Origin: the human T2T-CHM13v2.0 reference genome, Homo sapiens
Reading direction: 5' to 3' (one strand)
Assembly (NCBI RefSeq): GCF_009914755.1
Contig: NC_060926.1
Length of the DNA: 64,000 nucleotides
A program made the position numbers and the translations under genes. Positions 31,258 to 47,673 of the stretch are shown one piece after another. Positions within the stretch are counted from its first letter, which is position 1. Every line of letters begins with the position of its first letter. The notes beneath the pieces are model-generated. The model worked only from the letters and a program-made list of their open reading frames with translations, had not been told where the DNA came from and did no database searches.

Positions 31258-31326
31258 CTATATTAAGATTTGCTGCTTAAAAAAAAAGTTGAGCTGCATC
31301 TACAACGATTAAAGAGTGGCACTGTT

Positions 31327-31621
<295 letters not shown>

Positions 31622-33088
31622 TTGATTTAAGAGTGGCACTGCTTAATAGCAGCCACGGGGAAAGGCCAGAACCCCAACCCAGGGTCAGCGCCATGTCTGA
31701 GGTAATCGATTCCTTTGCATTGGTCATGTCAATGATTTTCAGATTTTATCCTGAAGAGGAGAAAGAGTTATAGTCCCCAGTGAAGAGTGCTTGCCCACAA
31801 CTCCAAGTGAAGACATGGTGTGCCATGCCCTGCCTCCTCCAGCTGCAGAGTTGGTCCTGAGCAGCTTATGTCGTGATCCGTACCTTTGTGCTTTTTCACA
31901 GGGCAGGAGGGTGGATTGTGGATTATCTCAGATTTAATACTGCAGTATAATGCAGTGAGTTATACATAGAGCTTAGTATAGTCAGCGATGAAACTGCTGA
32001 GATTTTTTTCTCTGCATGAAGTATAAAACTAAATTCTAACTGTATGAAGTTTCAGTGATACCATGACTTTAGGCACCAAACTTATCTGTCAACCTTACCT
32101 GTTCTAGACCAGAGCCTAGAACTGCAGAGGAAGCAAAAAAGGCTTCAGCTGGGCAGTAAAAATGCCACAGAGACCGTGACTAAAACTCAGCCTTTTTTCT
32201 CAGAGAGCCCCTTAGCCCCTCGCTCAGAGCCCCTGACTCTGCCCTTAGGATGAGTTGTCTGATTTCCAAACTCCTCATCATCAAAGAAACAAAAGGAGAG
32301 GTCTGAGAAGCACTCTGCTGATAGACATCTTGACGGCAAACATAAATGACACCCTTTGACAACAATAGGGGAGCCAGCATCAGAATCCAAAGCAGACAGA
32401 GCTCCAGTCGCAGAGCCTGAAGTTCATGGCTCCATGCCACTAAATAAGGGGACCACATCCCTGCTTCAGCACAGCACCTATCCTAAGACGCTGTGTGCCT
32501 TCGTGGTGGGTTTTATTAGCATGTTTTCTAATGTTTCTACAATAAAAACAGGCAACTGTAATAATATCATTGTAAAGGCTAAAATATGCCAAATATGCTC
32601 TAAGACAACCATTGAAAATGATTACAATGAAAAGTGATGCTTATGAGAGCAAATATTTAGCTATGTATCGAATTTTGTTAGGCAGAAGGACTCATTTCTG
32701 AGTGTTCAGAAGAAACAAAACATTTGCTGTAAAATTGTGAAAACACTCAGAGCTTGGGAACTAAGCAGAGAAAGGCCACAAGAGTACTTCAGGTATGGGA
32801 GGCTGTTTATTCTTCCTAGCTGAGGCAGAGTTAACAATTTCAATGAATTGAAATGCCCTTACTATTCCTCCAATTGTTATAACAGTTGGCTAGGTCAGAA
32901 GACCTGACTTCTTGTAGGTGGTGGCCGTCACCTCCCTGGGAGTTCCACAGATGAGGCAGAGCAGTGGTCTTTAGTTGTATTCCACAGGAAATGGAAGTGC
33001 TTTGGCAGCCCCACAAAAATGTGATTTTAATTTTTTAAAAATTATTTTTTAACTATTTTTTTAAACTATAGTGAAAAAACAGTACTCA

Positions 33089-33443
<355 letters not shown>

Positions 33444-33519
33444 TCACAGCTAATGGGTGGCAGAGGGTTTTGTTTGGTTGGTTGATTGGTTTTGGGTTTT
33501 TTTGTTTTGGGGTGTTTGT

Positions 33520-33805
33520 TTTTTTTTTTGAGACAGAAGCTCGTTCTGTCACCCAGGCTAGAGTGCAGTGACACAATCTTGGCTCACTGCGACCTCCCTG
33601 GGTTCAAGCGATTCTTGTGCCTCAGCCTCCCGAGTGGCTGCTACTACAGACATGCGCTACCACCCCTGGCTAATTTTTGTATTTTTAGTAGAGACAGGGT
33701 TTCATCATGTTAGTCAGGCTGGTCTCAAACTCCTGACCTCGTGATCTGCCCGCCTCGGCCTCCCAAAGTGTTGGGATTACAGGCATGAGCCACTGTGCCC
33801 AACCA
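33520..33805 (-). mobile_element. AluS
   Basis: Antisense Alu, tail-to-tail with the preceding Alu (~140 bp apart). Confidence 0.85.
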
Positions 33806-34487
33806 AGTGGCAGAGTTTTATGGTGCAAACATAGACATTCAGGAATTTAGGGCCGTATATATTATGTAAGTCATAATATCTCAATGTCTATAGCTTCTAT
33901 ATGTTATTTCTTTACTTGCTTTTTAAAGTTGATAATGGGAAATTTCTGGTATACTCAGAAGTAGAGTAGTATAAAGAACACCCCATCTCTGTCACTCAAT
34001 CTCAGCAACTGTGACATGGCAAGACTTGCTTCACCCAGGCTCCAGCTTACTCTACCCCTCTGCCCCCGATTATTTGGAAACAGATCTCAAACATCATATT
34101 TTTTAAAGTAAAACCATAATACCATTAATCAGATATAAAAAATTAAGTCATTTCTTAATATTCTCCAATATGCAGTCAGTGATTAGATTTTTCCCTATTG
34201 TCATAAAATTTTTTAAATGAGTTTAACTCAGAATCCAAATCAGGCCCATATATTGCAAGTGGTTGACATGGCTCATAAGTGTTTCAGTTCTTAAGGCCCC
34301 ACCTCTTTATCTCTCTCTTTTTTCTTCTTACAATGTACTTACTGAGTAATCCTGGTCATGTGTCCCATACAATTTCTCATAGTCCAGATTTTGTGTATAG
34401 ACAGTGCCATATGATGCCATCTAACCTCTTCCTCTATCCCTGGATAGCCTATATGTTGATGTAGTTAGTTTGAGATTGGCAGTTATG

Positions 34488-34755
34488 GCCAGGTACGGTG
34501 GCTCATGCCTGTAATCTCAACACTTTGGGAGGCTGAGGTGGGTGGATCACCTGAGGTCAGGAGTTCGAGACCAGACTGGCCAACATGGTGAAACCCCATC
34601 TCTACTAAAAATACAAAAATTAGCCGGGCATGGTGGTGCATGCCTGTAGTCCCAGCTACTTGGGGGGCTGAGGCAGGAGAATCACTTGAACCTGGGAGGC
34701 AGAGGTTGCAGTCAGCGGGGTGAGACTCTGTCTCAAAAAAAAAAAAAAAAAAAAG
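34488..34755 (+). mobile_element. AluSx-like with internal right-arm deletion
   Basis: Jumps from ttgcagtcagcg to gtgagactc; TSD gagattggcagtta. Confidence 0.85.
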
Positions 34756-35698
34756 AGAGATTGGCAGTTAACATTAGTTAGAGATTTGATCAGATTCAGG
34801 TTTAACTTTTTTTTTATATATATACTTTAAGTTCTAGGGTACATGTGCACAACCTACAGGTTTGTTACATAGATACATGTGCCATGTTGGTTTGCTGTAC
34901 CCATCAACTGGTCATTTACATTAGGTATTTCTCCTAATGTTGTCCCTCCCCCTGCCCCCCACCCCACGACAGGCCCCAGTGTGTGATGTTCCCCACCCTG
35001 TGTCCAAGTGTTCTCATTGTTCAATTCCCATTATGAGTGAGAACATATGGTGTTTGGTTTTCTGTCCTTGTGATAGTTTGCTCAGAATGATGGTTTCCAG
35101 CTTCATTCATGTCCCTGCAAAGGTCATGAACTCATCCTTTTTTATAGCTGCATAGTATTCCATGGTGTATATGTGCCACATTTTCTTAATCCAGTCTATC
35201 ATTGAAGGACATTTGGGTTGGTTCCAAGTCTTTGCTATTGTGAATAGTGCCACAGCAAACATACATGTGCATGTGTCTTTATAGTAGCATGATTTATAAT
35301 CCTTTGGGTATATACTCAGTAAGGGGATCACTGGATCAAACTGTATTTCTAGTTCTAGATCCTTGAGGAATTGCCACACTGTCTTCCACAATGGTTGAAC
35401 TAGTTTACAGTCCCACCAATAGTGTAAAAGCATTCCTGTTTCTTCACATCCTCTCCAGCACCTGTTGTTTCCTGACTTTTTATTGATTGCCATTCTAACT
35501 GGTGTGAGATGGTATCTCATTGTGCTTTTGATTTGCATTTCTCTGATGGCCAGTGATGATGAGCATTTTTTCATGTGTCTGTTGGCTGCATAAATGTCTT
35601 CTTTTGAGAAGTGTCTGTTCATATCCTTTGCTCACTTTTTGATGGGGTTGTTTTTTTCTTGTAAATTTGTTTAAGTTCTTTGTAGATTCTGGATATTA

Positions 35699-36578
<880 letters not shown>

Positions 36579-36581
36579 TTA

Positions 36582-37061
<480 letters not shown>

Positions 37062-37074
37062 TCATTGGTTCTGT

Positions 37075-37389
<315 letters not shown>

Positions 37390-37415
37390 TTTGGTTCTGT
37401 TTATGTGATGGATTA

Positions 37416-37508
<93 letters not shown>

Positions 37509-37511
37509 TCA

Positions 37512-37775
<264 letters not shown>

Positions 37776-40700
37776 TTATTGCCTCAATTTCAGAACCTGT
37801 TATTGGTCTATTCAGAGATTCAGCTTCTTCCTGGCTTAGTCTTGGAAAGGTGTACATGTCCAGGAATTTATTCATTTTTTCTAGATTTTCTAGTTTATTT
37901 GCATAGAGGTATTTATAGTATTCTCTGATGGTAGTTTGTATTTCTGTGGGATCGGTGGTGATATCCCCTTTATCATTGCATCTATTTGATTCTTCTCTTT
38001 TCTTCTTTATTAGTCTTGCTAGCGGTCTATCAATTTTTTTCATCTTTTCAAAAAACCAGCTCCCGGATTCATTGATTTTTTTTAAGGGTTTTTTGTGTCT
38101 GTATCTCCTTCAGTTCTCCTCTGATCTTAGTTATGTCTTGCCTTCTGCTAGCTTTTGAATTTGTTTGCTCATGCTTCTCTAGTTCTTTTAATTGTGATGT
38201 TAAGATGTCGATTTTAGATCTTTCCTGCTTTCTCTTGTGGGCATTTAGTGCTATAAACTTCCCTCTACACACTGCTTTAAATGTGTCCCAGAGATTCTGG
38301 TATGTTGTGTCTTTGTTCTCATTGGTTTCAAAGTACATCTTTATTTCGTTATTTACCCCATAGTCATTCAGGAACAGGTTGTTCAGTTTCCAAGTAGTTG
38401 TGCGGTTTTGAGTGAGTTTCTTAATCCTGAGTTCTAATTTGATTGCACTGTGGTCTGAGAGACCATTTGTTGTGATTTCTGTTCTTTTACATTTGCTGAG
38501 GAGTTCTTTACTTCCAACTATGTGGTCAATTTTGGAGTAAGTGTGATGTGGTGCTGAGAAGAATGTATATTCTGTTGATTTGGGGTGGAGAGTTCTATAG
38601 ATGTCTATTAGGTCCACTTGGTGCAGAGCTGAGTTCAAGTCCTGGATATCTATCCTTGTTAACCTTCTGTCTCGTTAATCTGTCTAATACTGACAGTGGG
38701 TTGTTAAAAGTCTCCCATTATTATTGTGTGGGAGTCTAAGTCTTTGTAGGTCTCTGAGGACTTGCTTTATGAATCTGAGTGCTCCTGTATTGGGTGCCTA
38801 TATATTTAGGATAGTTAGCTCTTCTTGTTGAATTGATCCCTTTACCATTATGTAATGGCCTTCTTTATTTCTTTTGATCTTTGTTGGTTTAAAGTCTGTT
38901 TTATCAGAGACTAGGATTGCAACCCATGCTATTTTTGCTTTCTATTTGCTTGGTAGATCTTCCTCCATCCCTTTTTTTTGAGCCCATGTGTGTCTCTGCA
39001 TGTGAGATGGGTCTCCTGAATACAGCACACTGATGGGTCTTGACTCTTTATCCAATTTGCCAGTCTGTGTCTTTTAATTGGGGCATTTAGCCCATTTACA
39101 TTTAAGGTTAATATTGTTATGTGTGAATTTGATCCTGTCATTATGATGTTAGCTGGTTATTTTGCCTATTAGTTAATGCAGTTTCTTCCTAGCCTTGATG
39201 GTCTTTACAATTTGGCATGTTTTTGCAGCGGCTGATACCGGTTGCTCCTTTCCATGTTTAGTGCTTCCTTCAGGAGCTCTTGTAAGGCAGGCCTGGTGGT
39301 GACAGAATCTCTCAGCATTTGCTTGTCTGTAAAGGATTTTATTTCTCCTACACTTATGAAGCTTAGTTTGGCTGGATATGAAATTCTGGGTTGAAAATTC
39401 TTTTCTTTAAGAATGTTGAATATTGTCCCCCACTCTCTTCTGGCTTGTAGAGTTTCTGCCGAGAGATCAGCTGTTAGTCTGATGGGCTTCCCTTTGTGGG
39501 TAACCGACCTTTCTCTCTGACTGCCCTTAACATTTTTTCCTTCATTTCAACCTTGGTGAATCTGACAGTTATGTGTCTTGGGTTGCTCTTCTCAAGGAGT
39601 ATCTTTGTGTGGTGTTCTCTGTATTTCCTGAAGTTGAATGTTGGCCTGCCTTGCTAGGTTGGGGAAGTTCTCCTGGATAATATCCTGCAGAGTGTTTTCC
39701 AACTTGGTTCCATTCTCCCCGTCACTTTCAGGTACACTAATCAAATGTAGATTTGGTCTTTTCACATAGTCCCATATTTCTTGGAGGCTTTGTTTGTTTC
39801 TTTTTACTTTTTTCTCTAAACTTCTCTCTTACTTTATTTCATTAATTTGATCTTCAATCACTGATACCCTTTCTTCCACTTGATCGAATCGGCTATTGAA
39901 GCTTGTGCATGTGTCACGTAGTTCTCATGCCATGGTTTTCAGCTCCATCAGATCATTTAAGGTCTTCTCTACGCTGTTTATTCTAGTTAGCCATTCGTCT
40001 AATCTTTTTTCAAGGTTTTTAGCTTCCTTGCGATGGGTTTGAACATCTGCCTTTAGCTCAGAAAAGTTTGTTATTGCCGACCTTCTGAAGCCTACTTCTG
40101 TCAGCTCGTCAAAGTCATTCTCCATCCAGCTTTGTTCCGTTGCTGGCAAGGAGCTGCAATCCTTTGGAGGAGAAGAAGTGCTCCAGTTTTTAGAATTTTC
40201 AGCTTTTCTGCTCTGGTTTCTCCCCACCTTTGTGGTTTTATCTACCTTTGGTCTCTGATGTTGGTGACCTACAGATGAGGTTTTGTTGTGGATGTCCTTT
40301 TTGTTGATGTTGATGCTACTCCTTTCTGTTTGTTAGTTTTCCTTCTAACAGTCAGGTCCCTCAGCTGCAGGTCTGTTGGAGTTTGCTGGAAGTCCACTCC
40401 AGACCCTGTTTGCCTGGGTATCACCAGTGGAGGCTGCAGAACAGCAAATATTGCTGCCTGATCCTTCCTCTGGAAGCTTTGTCCCAGGGGGCACCTGCCT
40501 GTATGAGGTGTCAGTCGGCCCTTACTGGGAGGTGTCTCCCAGTTAGGCTGCACAGGGGTCAGGGACCCACTTGAGGAGGCAGTCTGTCCGTTCTCAGAGC
40601 TCAAACACCATGCTGTGAGAACCACTGCTTTCTTCAGAGCTGTCAGACAGGGACGTTTAAGTCTGCAGAAGTTTCTGCTGCCTTTTGTTCAGCTGTGTGC

Positions 40701-40808
40701 TGCCCCCAGAGGTGTAGTTTACAGAGGCAGCAGGCCTTGCTGAGCTGCGGTGGGCTCTGCCCGGTTTGAGCTTCCTGACCGCTTTGTTTACCTACTCAAG
40801 CCTCAGCA

Positions 40809-41054
40809 ATGGTGGACGCCCCTCCGCCTGCCAGGCTGCTGCCTCGCAGGTCAATCTCAGACTGCTGCACTAGCAGTGAGCAAGGCTCCGTGGGCGAGGG
40901 ACCAGCTGAGCCAGGCTCAGGTTATAATCTCCTGGTGTGCCGTTTGCTAAGACCATTGGAAAAGCGCAGTATTTGGGTGGGAGTGTCCCGATTTTCCAGG
41001 TACAGTCTGTCATGGCTTCCCTTGGCTAGGAAAGGGAAATCCCTTCCCAGGTGA
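40809..41054 (+). CDS. L1 ORF0 homologue (81 aa) in the L1 5'UTR antisense-promoter region
   Basis: MVDAPPPARLLPRRSISDCCTSSEQGSVGEGPAEPGSGYNLLVCRLLRPLEKRSIWVGVSRFSR aligns colinearly with L1HS ORF0 as recalled (MAGAPPPASLPPCSLISDCCASNQRDSVGVGPSEPG...RVGVTRFSR); context gcaATGg. Expression is not shown. Confidence 0.75.
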   Translation: MVDAPPPARLLPRRSISDCCTSSEQGSVGEGPAEPGSGYNLLVCRLLRPLEKRSIWVGVSRFSRYSLSWLPLARKGKSLPR

Positions 41055-41715
41055 GGTGATGCCCCGCCCTGCTTCGGCTCACCCTCCGTGGGCTGCACCC
41101 ACTGTGCAGCCAGTCCCAGTGAGATGAACCAGGTACCTCAGCTGGAAATGCAGAAATCACCCGTCTTCTGATCATGCTGGGAGCTGCAGACCAGAGCTGT
41201 TCCTGTTCAGCCATCTTGTAACGGAAGGCTTTCCTATTTTAAAATAATGGAAATTGCTTGGTAAACTCTTCTCTCACAATACATATAGTATTGCAAGCTA
41301 CATTATAAAGTCTAGTGTCTTATTTTGGGTGGAAGTCAGGAATTATTTGTTTTCTTTAGTTTGTTTTAGAAATATGTTCAGAATCTCTCCCTGTGTGCTT
41401 TTGTTTGCCTTGACCATGGTAAGAAAGTGGAGTGGTGGCCCATCTGGAGTGAAGAAACTTTGAGCAAAGAGTTGAAGGACCAGCTCTTAGCACCACCTGT
41501 GGCCCTTGTGTGGTGGCCATGGACAGTGTGAACATGTTTTCCTTTGTGCAGTTAAGGAGTTAACAAATTCTTCTAAGTTTCCTTCCAGCTCAGGGTCCTG
41601 TTTTAAGCCTAACCATATATATTTGCTAAGTTATTTGGGGGGATGTTCAGGGGTTAGTGTGTGCATTTCTTGGTTACCATCTAAAGATAAATTCTTTTTT
41701 CTTTTTCCCTTCTAG

Positions 41716-41917
41716 CTATTGTACACATGTGACAACCTATGAAGAATCAAATTATTCTCTGAGTTATCAGTTTATACTAAATCTCTTCTCCTTCCTGCTC
41801 AGAATAAAGACTTCCCTTCTCCATGAAGAAGTGAGCTTAGTTGAGAAGAAACTTTTTGAGAAAAAATACAGTGTAAAAAGAAAGAAATCAAGATCCAAGA
41901 AAGTGAGACGACATTGA
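41716..41917 (+). CDS. TAF1B: TAF1B terminal coding exon (probably 15): CYCTHVTTYEESNYS...KRKKSRSKKVRRH*
   Basis: ctttttcccttctag acceptor, phase 2 matches previous exon (TG|C), TGA at 41915-41917. Confidence 0.96.
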
Positions 41918-42340
41918 GAAAATGAAATAGAAACTTTCTGGAAAAATATTTTAATAGTGATAATAACATCAGATTTTAATATAACATTCCAGAGAATTGT
42001 GGAAAATACTGCATATATATGTATAGACTCTGACACATATTTACATATATATCAAGTGTGCTTAGAAAAATGTATATTGTAAAGCAGGTGAGCTTCATTT
42101 GATTTTATTTTTCAGAGTATGAACATTCTAAGAGAAAGTTAAAACAATAGCAAATTGTATAATTGTATCCAGAAATGTATACTCATCGTATTTTAAAGCT
42201 AAATTTATTTTTTAAACTAGATCCCTTCATTATTCTTTATGCCCCAGAGTAAATCCCAGATGGATCAAAGATCTAAACATAATCTTTCATATGTAAAAAT
42301 ATAAAAGTATTAGTAGAAAACAAATATGAATGCTTTGATG
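41918..42340 (+). other. TAF1B: TAF1B 3'UTR (end approximate)
   Basis: AT-rich sequence after the stop; only variant poly(A) signals seen (AGTAAA 42248, TATAAA 42300). Confidence 0.55.
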
Positions 42341-42474
42341 ATCTTGGAATGGCAAAGTCAATTTTTGCAGCATATGGTGGACAAAGAAATAATTTCTTTA
42401 ATGTATCAATAGCTCTTGCAAAGCAAAAGGAAAAAAGCAAACTGAGTAAGGGATATGAAAAATTAGTTTTCTGA

Positions 42475-42890
<416 letters not shown>

Positions 42891-43642
42891 TTATAAAGAT
42901 GTGTAAAACCTGGTATGGACATTGGAAAATCAGGCATTCTTGTTCTGAGTTCATTTATGCATGCAACAGATAGCAACTCCTGTGTTTAGGCATGTTCTAA
43001 GCACTGGGGATACAGCACTGAACAAGACCCCCACCTTTAAAGATCATAGGTTCCAACTAGGTGAAAGCTGATAGTAAAAATATATATTATTTTTGAGGGA
43101 ATTAAGTACAATGAAGAAAAAGCAAGAAAAGATAAATGATAAGGTAGGCCATTTTTTAAAGGGCGGCTGAGGGAGGATCCTCTGGGGCAGTGGCATTAGA
43201 GCAGAGACCAACTTGCCTGGAACACAGTAGCACGAGCAGCCATGCAGCCATCCAGGGGGAGATCAGCCCAGGCAGAGGAAAGATGTGCAGAGGTTCTGAG
43301 CAGGGGCATGCTGGATGCAGTCAAGGACTGGCAGGGTGTCCAGAGTGGCTGGAGCACTGTGGATAAAGGGGAGAGGGAGAGCAGATGGGCAGGTGGGATG
43401 GTAGAGGTTGCTCTGAGGTCACGGTAAGGATGACCTTACCACGGTTGGCTTTTTTCTCAAATGTCACAGGAAGCCACTGGAAATTTTTAAACAAAAGAAT
43501 GATGTGATCCAACGTATATCATAAAAGTATCACTGACTACTCTGATGAGTACACCGTAGTGGGGATGTGAGCAGTGGTTAGAGAGTTCATTTTGAATTGA
43601 ATGTATTTTGTTACTCTCTACCTGTTTCACTTATTGTAAGGT

Positions 43643-44668
<1,026 letters not shown>

Positions 44669-45726
44669 GTTTGGTAGTTTCTTAAAAGTGAAAATTAGAC
44701 CTACCATGTGACCCAGCCATTCCACTACTAGGTGTCTACCCAAGAAAAATAAAAGCATGTTTCCACACAAAGACTTGTATACAAATATTCATAGCAACTT
44801 TATTTGGACTAGCAAAAAAAAGGGAAAACAACCCAAACAGCCATCAGCAGGTGAATGGATAAACACATGGTGGATATCCATACAATGAAACACTGCTCAG
44901 CTGTGAAAAAGGAACAAACTATTGAAACAATATCCCTGTTCAGGAGCAGGATTTGGAGAATATAAGAAGCATATCTTTTATAATTTAAAAACTTGCTTTC
45001 TAAGATTTGAACTGAAAGATCTTTTTTGAAGATGAGTGTCATGGAATTGACATGATTTGAAGTGTTATGGCACTTCCTTTGAATAAAAAAATCGAAGTTG
45101 CTAACAAGTTCCATGTACTTAAAAATATTGGGACAGAGCGCTCAAAGCTATGAAAAGTTTTGGGCCACCCATGAATATGAGATAAGATTAACAAGAGAGG
45201 AGAAGGAAGTGAAAAATATGGCTTTCCATGCATTTCCAATTGTATGAATTACCATTGAAGGCTAGTGATGAAATGTTACTCTCTAGGAGTCAGTGTTTTC
45301 ACATCTAAAAATGGTATCAGTCATAGAAAAAGCTTATCTGTCTACTGCCAAAAAGGGAAGAGGGTAATAGCACGTATTGAGCACCTACTGTATATTCAGA
45401 TGAGGTCCTGCCATACGAAATTCAGTCCCCACTGTTCTGGGGGCCATGCAATCGTCTTTAGATAATAGGTGTGGGGCTAGGGGTTCCGCTGTGAAGTTAC
45501 CTTCCTTCCCAGGGTGCTCAGCCAGCACAAAGCTGTGGTGAGATTTGGGTCCAGGTCTCAGACTCCAGATTCCAAACCACATTTAAAAAAAAAAATCATC
45601 ACCTGCAGACTGCCTATAGCTTTGACAGTCTCTGTGTCTCCCTTTCGTTTGCATCCTTTGGGTGGAGAAAGGTTTATGAATATTTTAGTAAATTTGATTC
45701 AAAAGACATTTCTTGATTATCACATT

Positions 45727-45870
45727 GGTTCTCAAAGTGTGGTCCCTGGACCAGTGACATCAGCATTACCTGGGCACTCATTAGAAATGCACATTCTCAG
45801 GCCTACTCCTGACTCCCAATCCAGAAACACAGTGTGGGTCCAACAATCTGTTTTAACAAGTCCTCTGGTT
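45727..45870. mobile_element. MER5A
   Basis: ggttctcaaagtgtggtccctggaccag...cagcattacctggg...ttagaaatgca. Confidence 0.75.
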
Positions 45871-46466
45871 CGCTCCAGGCTCCAGGGTGGGACAGTCACT
45901 GGTGCTTCTGCTGGCTGGGACAACAGGGCCCCACTGTGGAACTTGAAGCCTGTGACCCCCTCCTAACGGCTCCTCTCAGTTCCCGTGGTCCCAAAAGCCC
46001 TCTGTCCCGTGCAGGGCTGCCCCACAGTGGCCTTCCACATCCTCCTGATAGCAGAGGCCCCCGCCACCCCCAGGGCCACCTCTGCAGCTGTGCCGCAGCT
46101 TCTCTGCCCAGGCACCTGCACTGACACGGAGCACCCTGTAGGTTGTCTGCTTGAGGCCTTTACCTAAATGCTTGCCGCAGCTGTTTCTAAACTACAAAAG
46201 CACACAATCATGAAATGAGGCAGAGGTGGGCTGAGTGCCACAATGGATGCCAAGAGGAAGAGAGATGGACATGGCGCTGGGAGGCTCTGGGCACCACTGG
46301 AGGGGGGCGCTGAGTTCCCGGGCTGCCCCGGCTGGGAGAGGAGTCGAGTCTTAATCTCCTTTAAGGAAACATAATAAATAAACTACTTTGCCACTAGAGT
46401 GATTTATGTGTTGATTTGGGTGGAATCTCTTTCATGAACACATTTTATGTCTTTTTAAAAAAATTA

Positions 46467-46834
<368 letters not shown>

Positions 46835-47116
46835 CTAAAGGGAAATAAAACTAAGTGAGATTCCACATGGTCTCAGTAATACCTGTAGTGCAAAATCAAA
46901 TGCTTATAGGGAGTGAAACAGAATGCGGCCGATACCTGTGGAAAAGAGTGCTTCAATTGTCTTATGTCTACGACCAGCCTAAGCTCATAGCCATACAAAT
47001 ATATATACCATACATGTGCTGAAACTAAGTTAAATTTCTTGTTTTTAATTGTCTTAAGTATCAAACTTGGATCATCAGAACATGTTGGAAAAACACGGCT
47101 CTGAAGCCAACTTATT

Positions 47117-47276
47117 AAGCACCTGTGCTGTATCGAACATTTTACATTTGTTCATTTAACATATCTAGATAAATCTACTCATTTACAGCTATAGTGATCC
47201 AAGATTTCATCACAGCAGATTAAAACAAAACCTTTAAGTTAAAAATAATTTAAAATCAGTGAATATATTAATACTA
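47117..47276 (+). repeat. Copy 1 of a 160-bp dispersed direct duplication (copy 2 at 51438-51597)
   Basis: Shared text cctgtgctgtat.gaacattttacatttgttcatttaacata...aaaatcagtga.tatattaatacta. Confidence 0.92.
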
Positions 47277-47599
47277 TGAGAGTCTTTGCCTATGAGAATA
47301 CAGAACTTTGGCCCAAATGTTTCATTAATCTACAGGGTTATATACATTTGGAGCACAGTTTTGTTGTTTGTTTGTTTGTTTTTAATCCTCTTCCCAAAAA
47401 TGGGTTTCTTTAGGCAGCTCGAGACTCCTGTGTTAGACAAGAGGAAAAGGAGTGGGTGCCTCTCGACTGGGACCAGTGGACATCATTATGGGAATATACC
47501 AGTGGTGGCAGGTTGATGACCTTATCTCCCTGTAGGGTAGTATTTCTCTCTGGGCTCTCAGCAGGTCTGCCTGTCACTGCCACCCAGAAGTGGAGCCAC

Positions 47600-47673
47600 C
47601 TTCTGAAGCCCAAACCGAGGAGGGAGAGCCCAGGGTCTTCTGAAGCCCAAACCGAGGAGGGAGAGCCCAGGGT
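47600..47673 (+). repeat. Perfect 2 x 37-bp tandem duplication
   Basis: cttctgaagcccaaaccgaggagggagagcccagggt twice, no mismatches. Confidence 0.95.
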
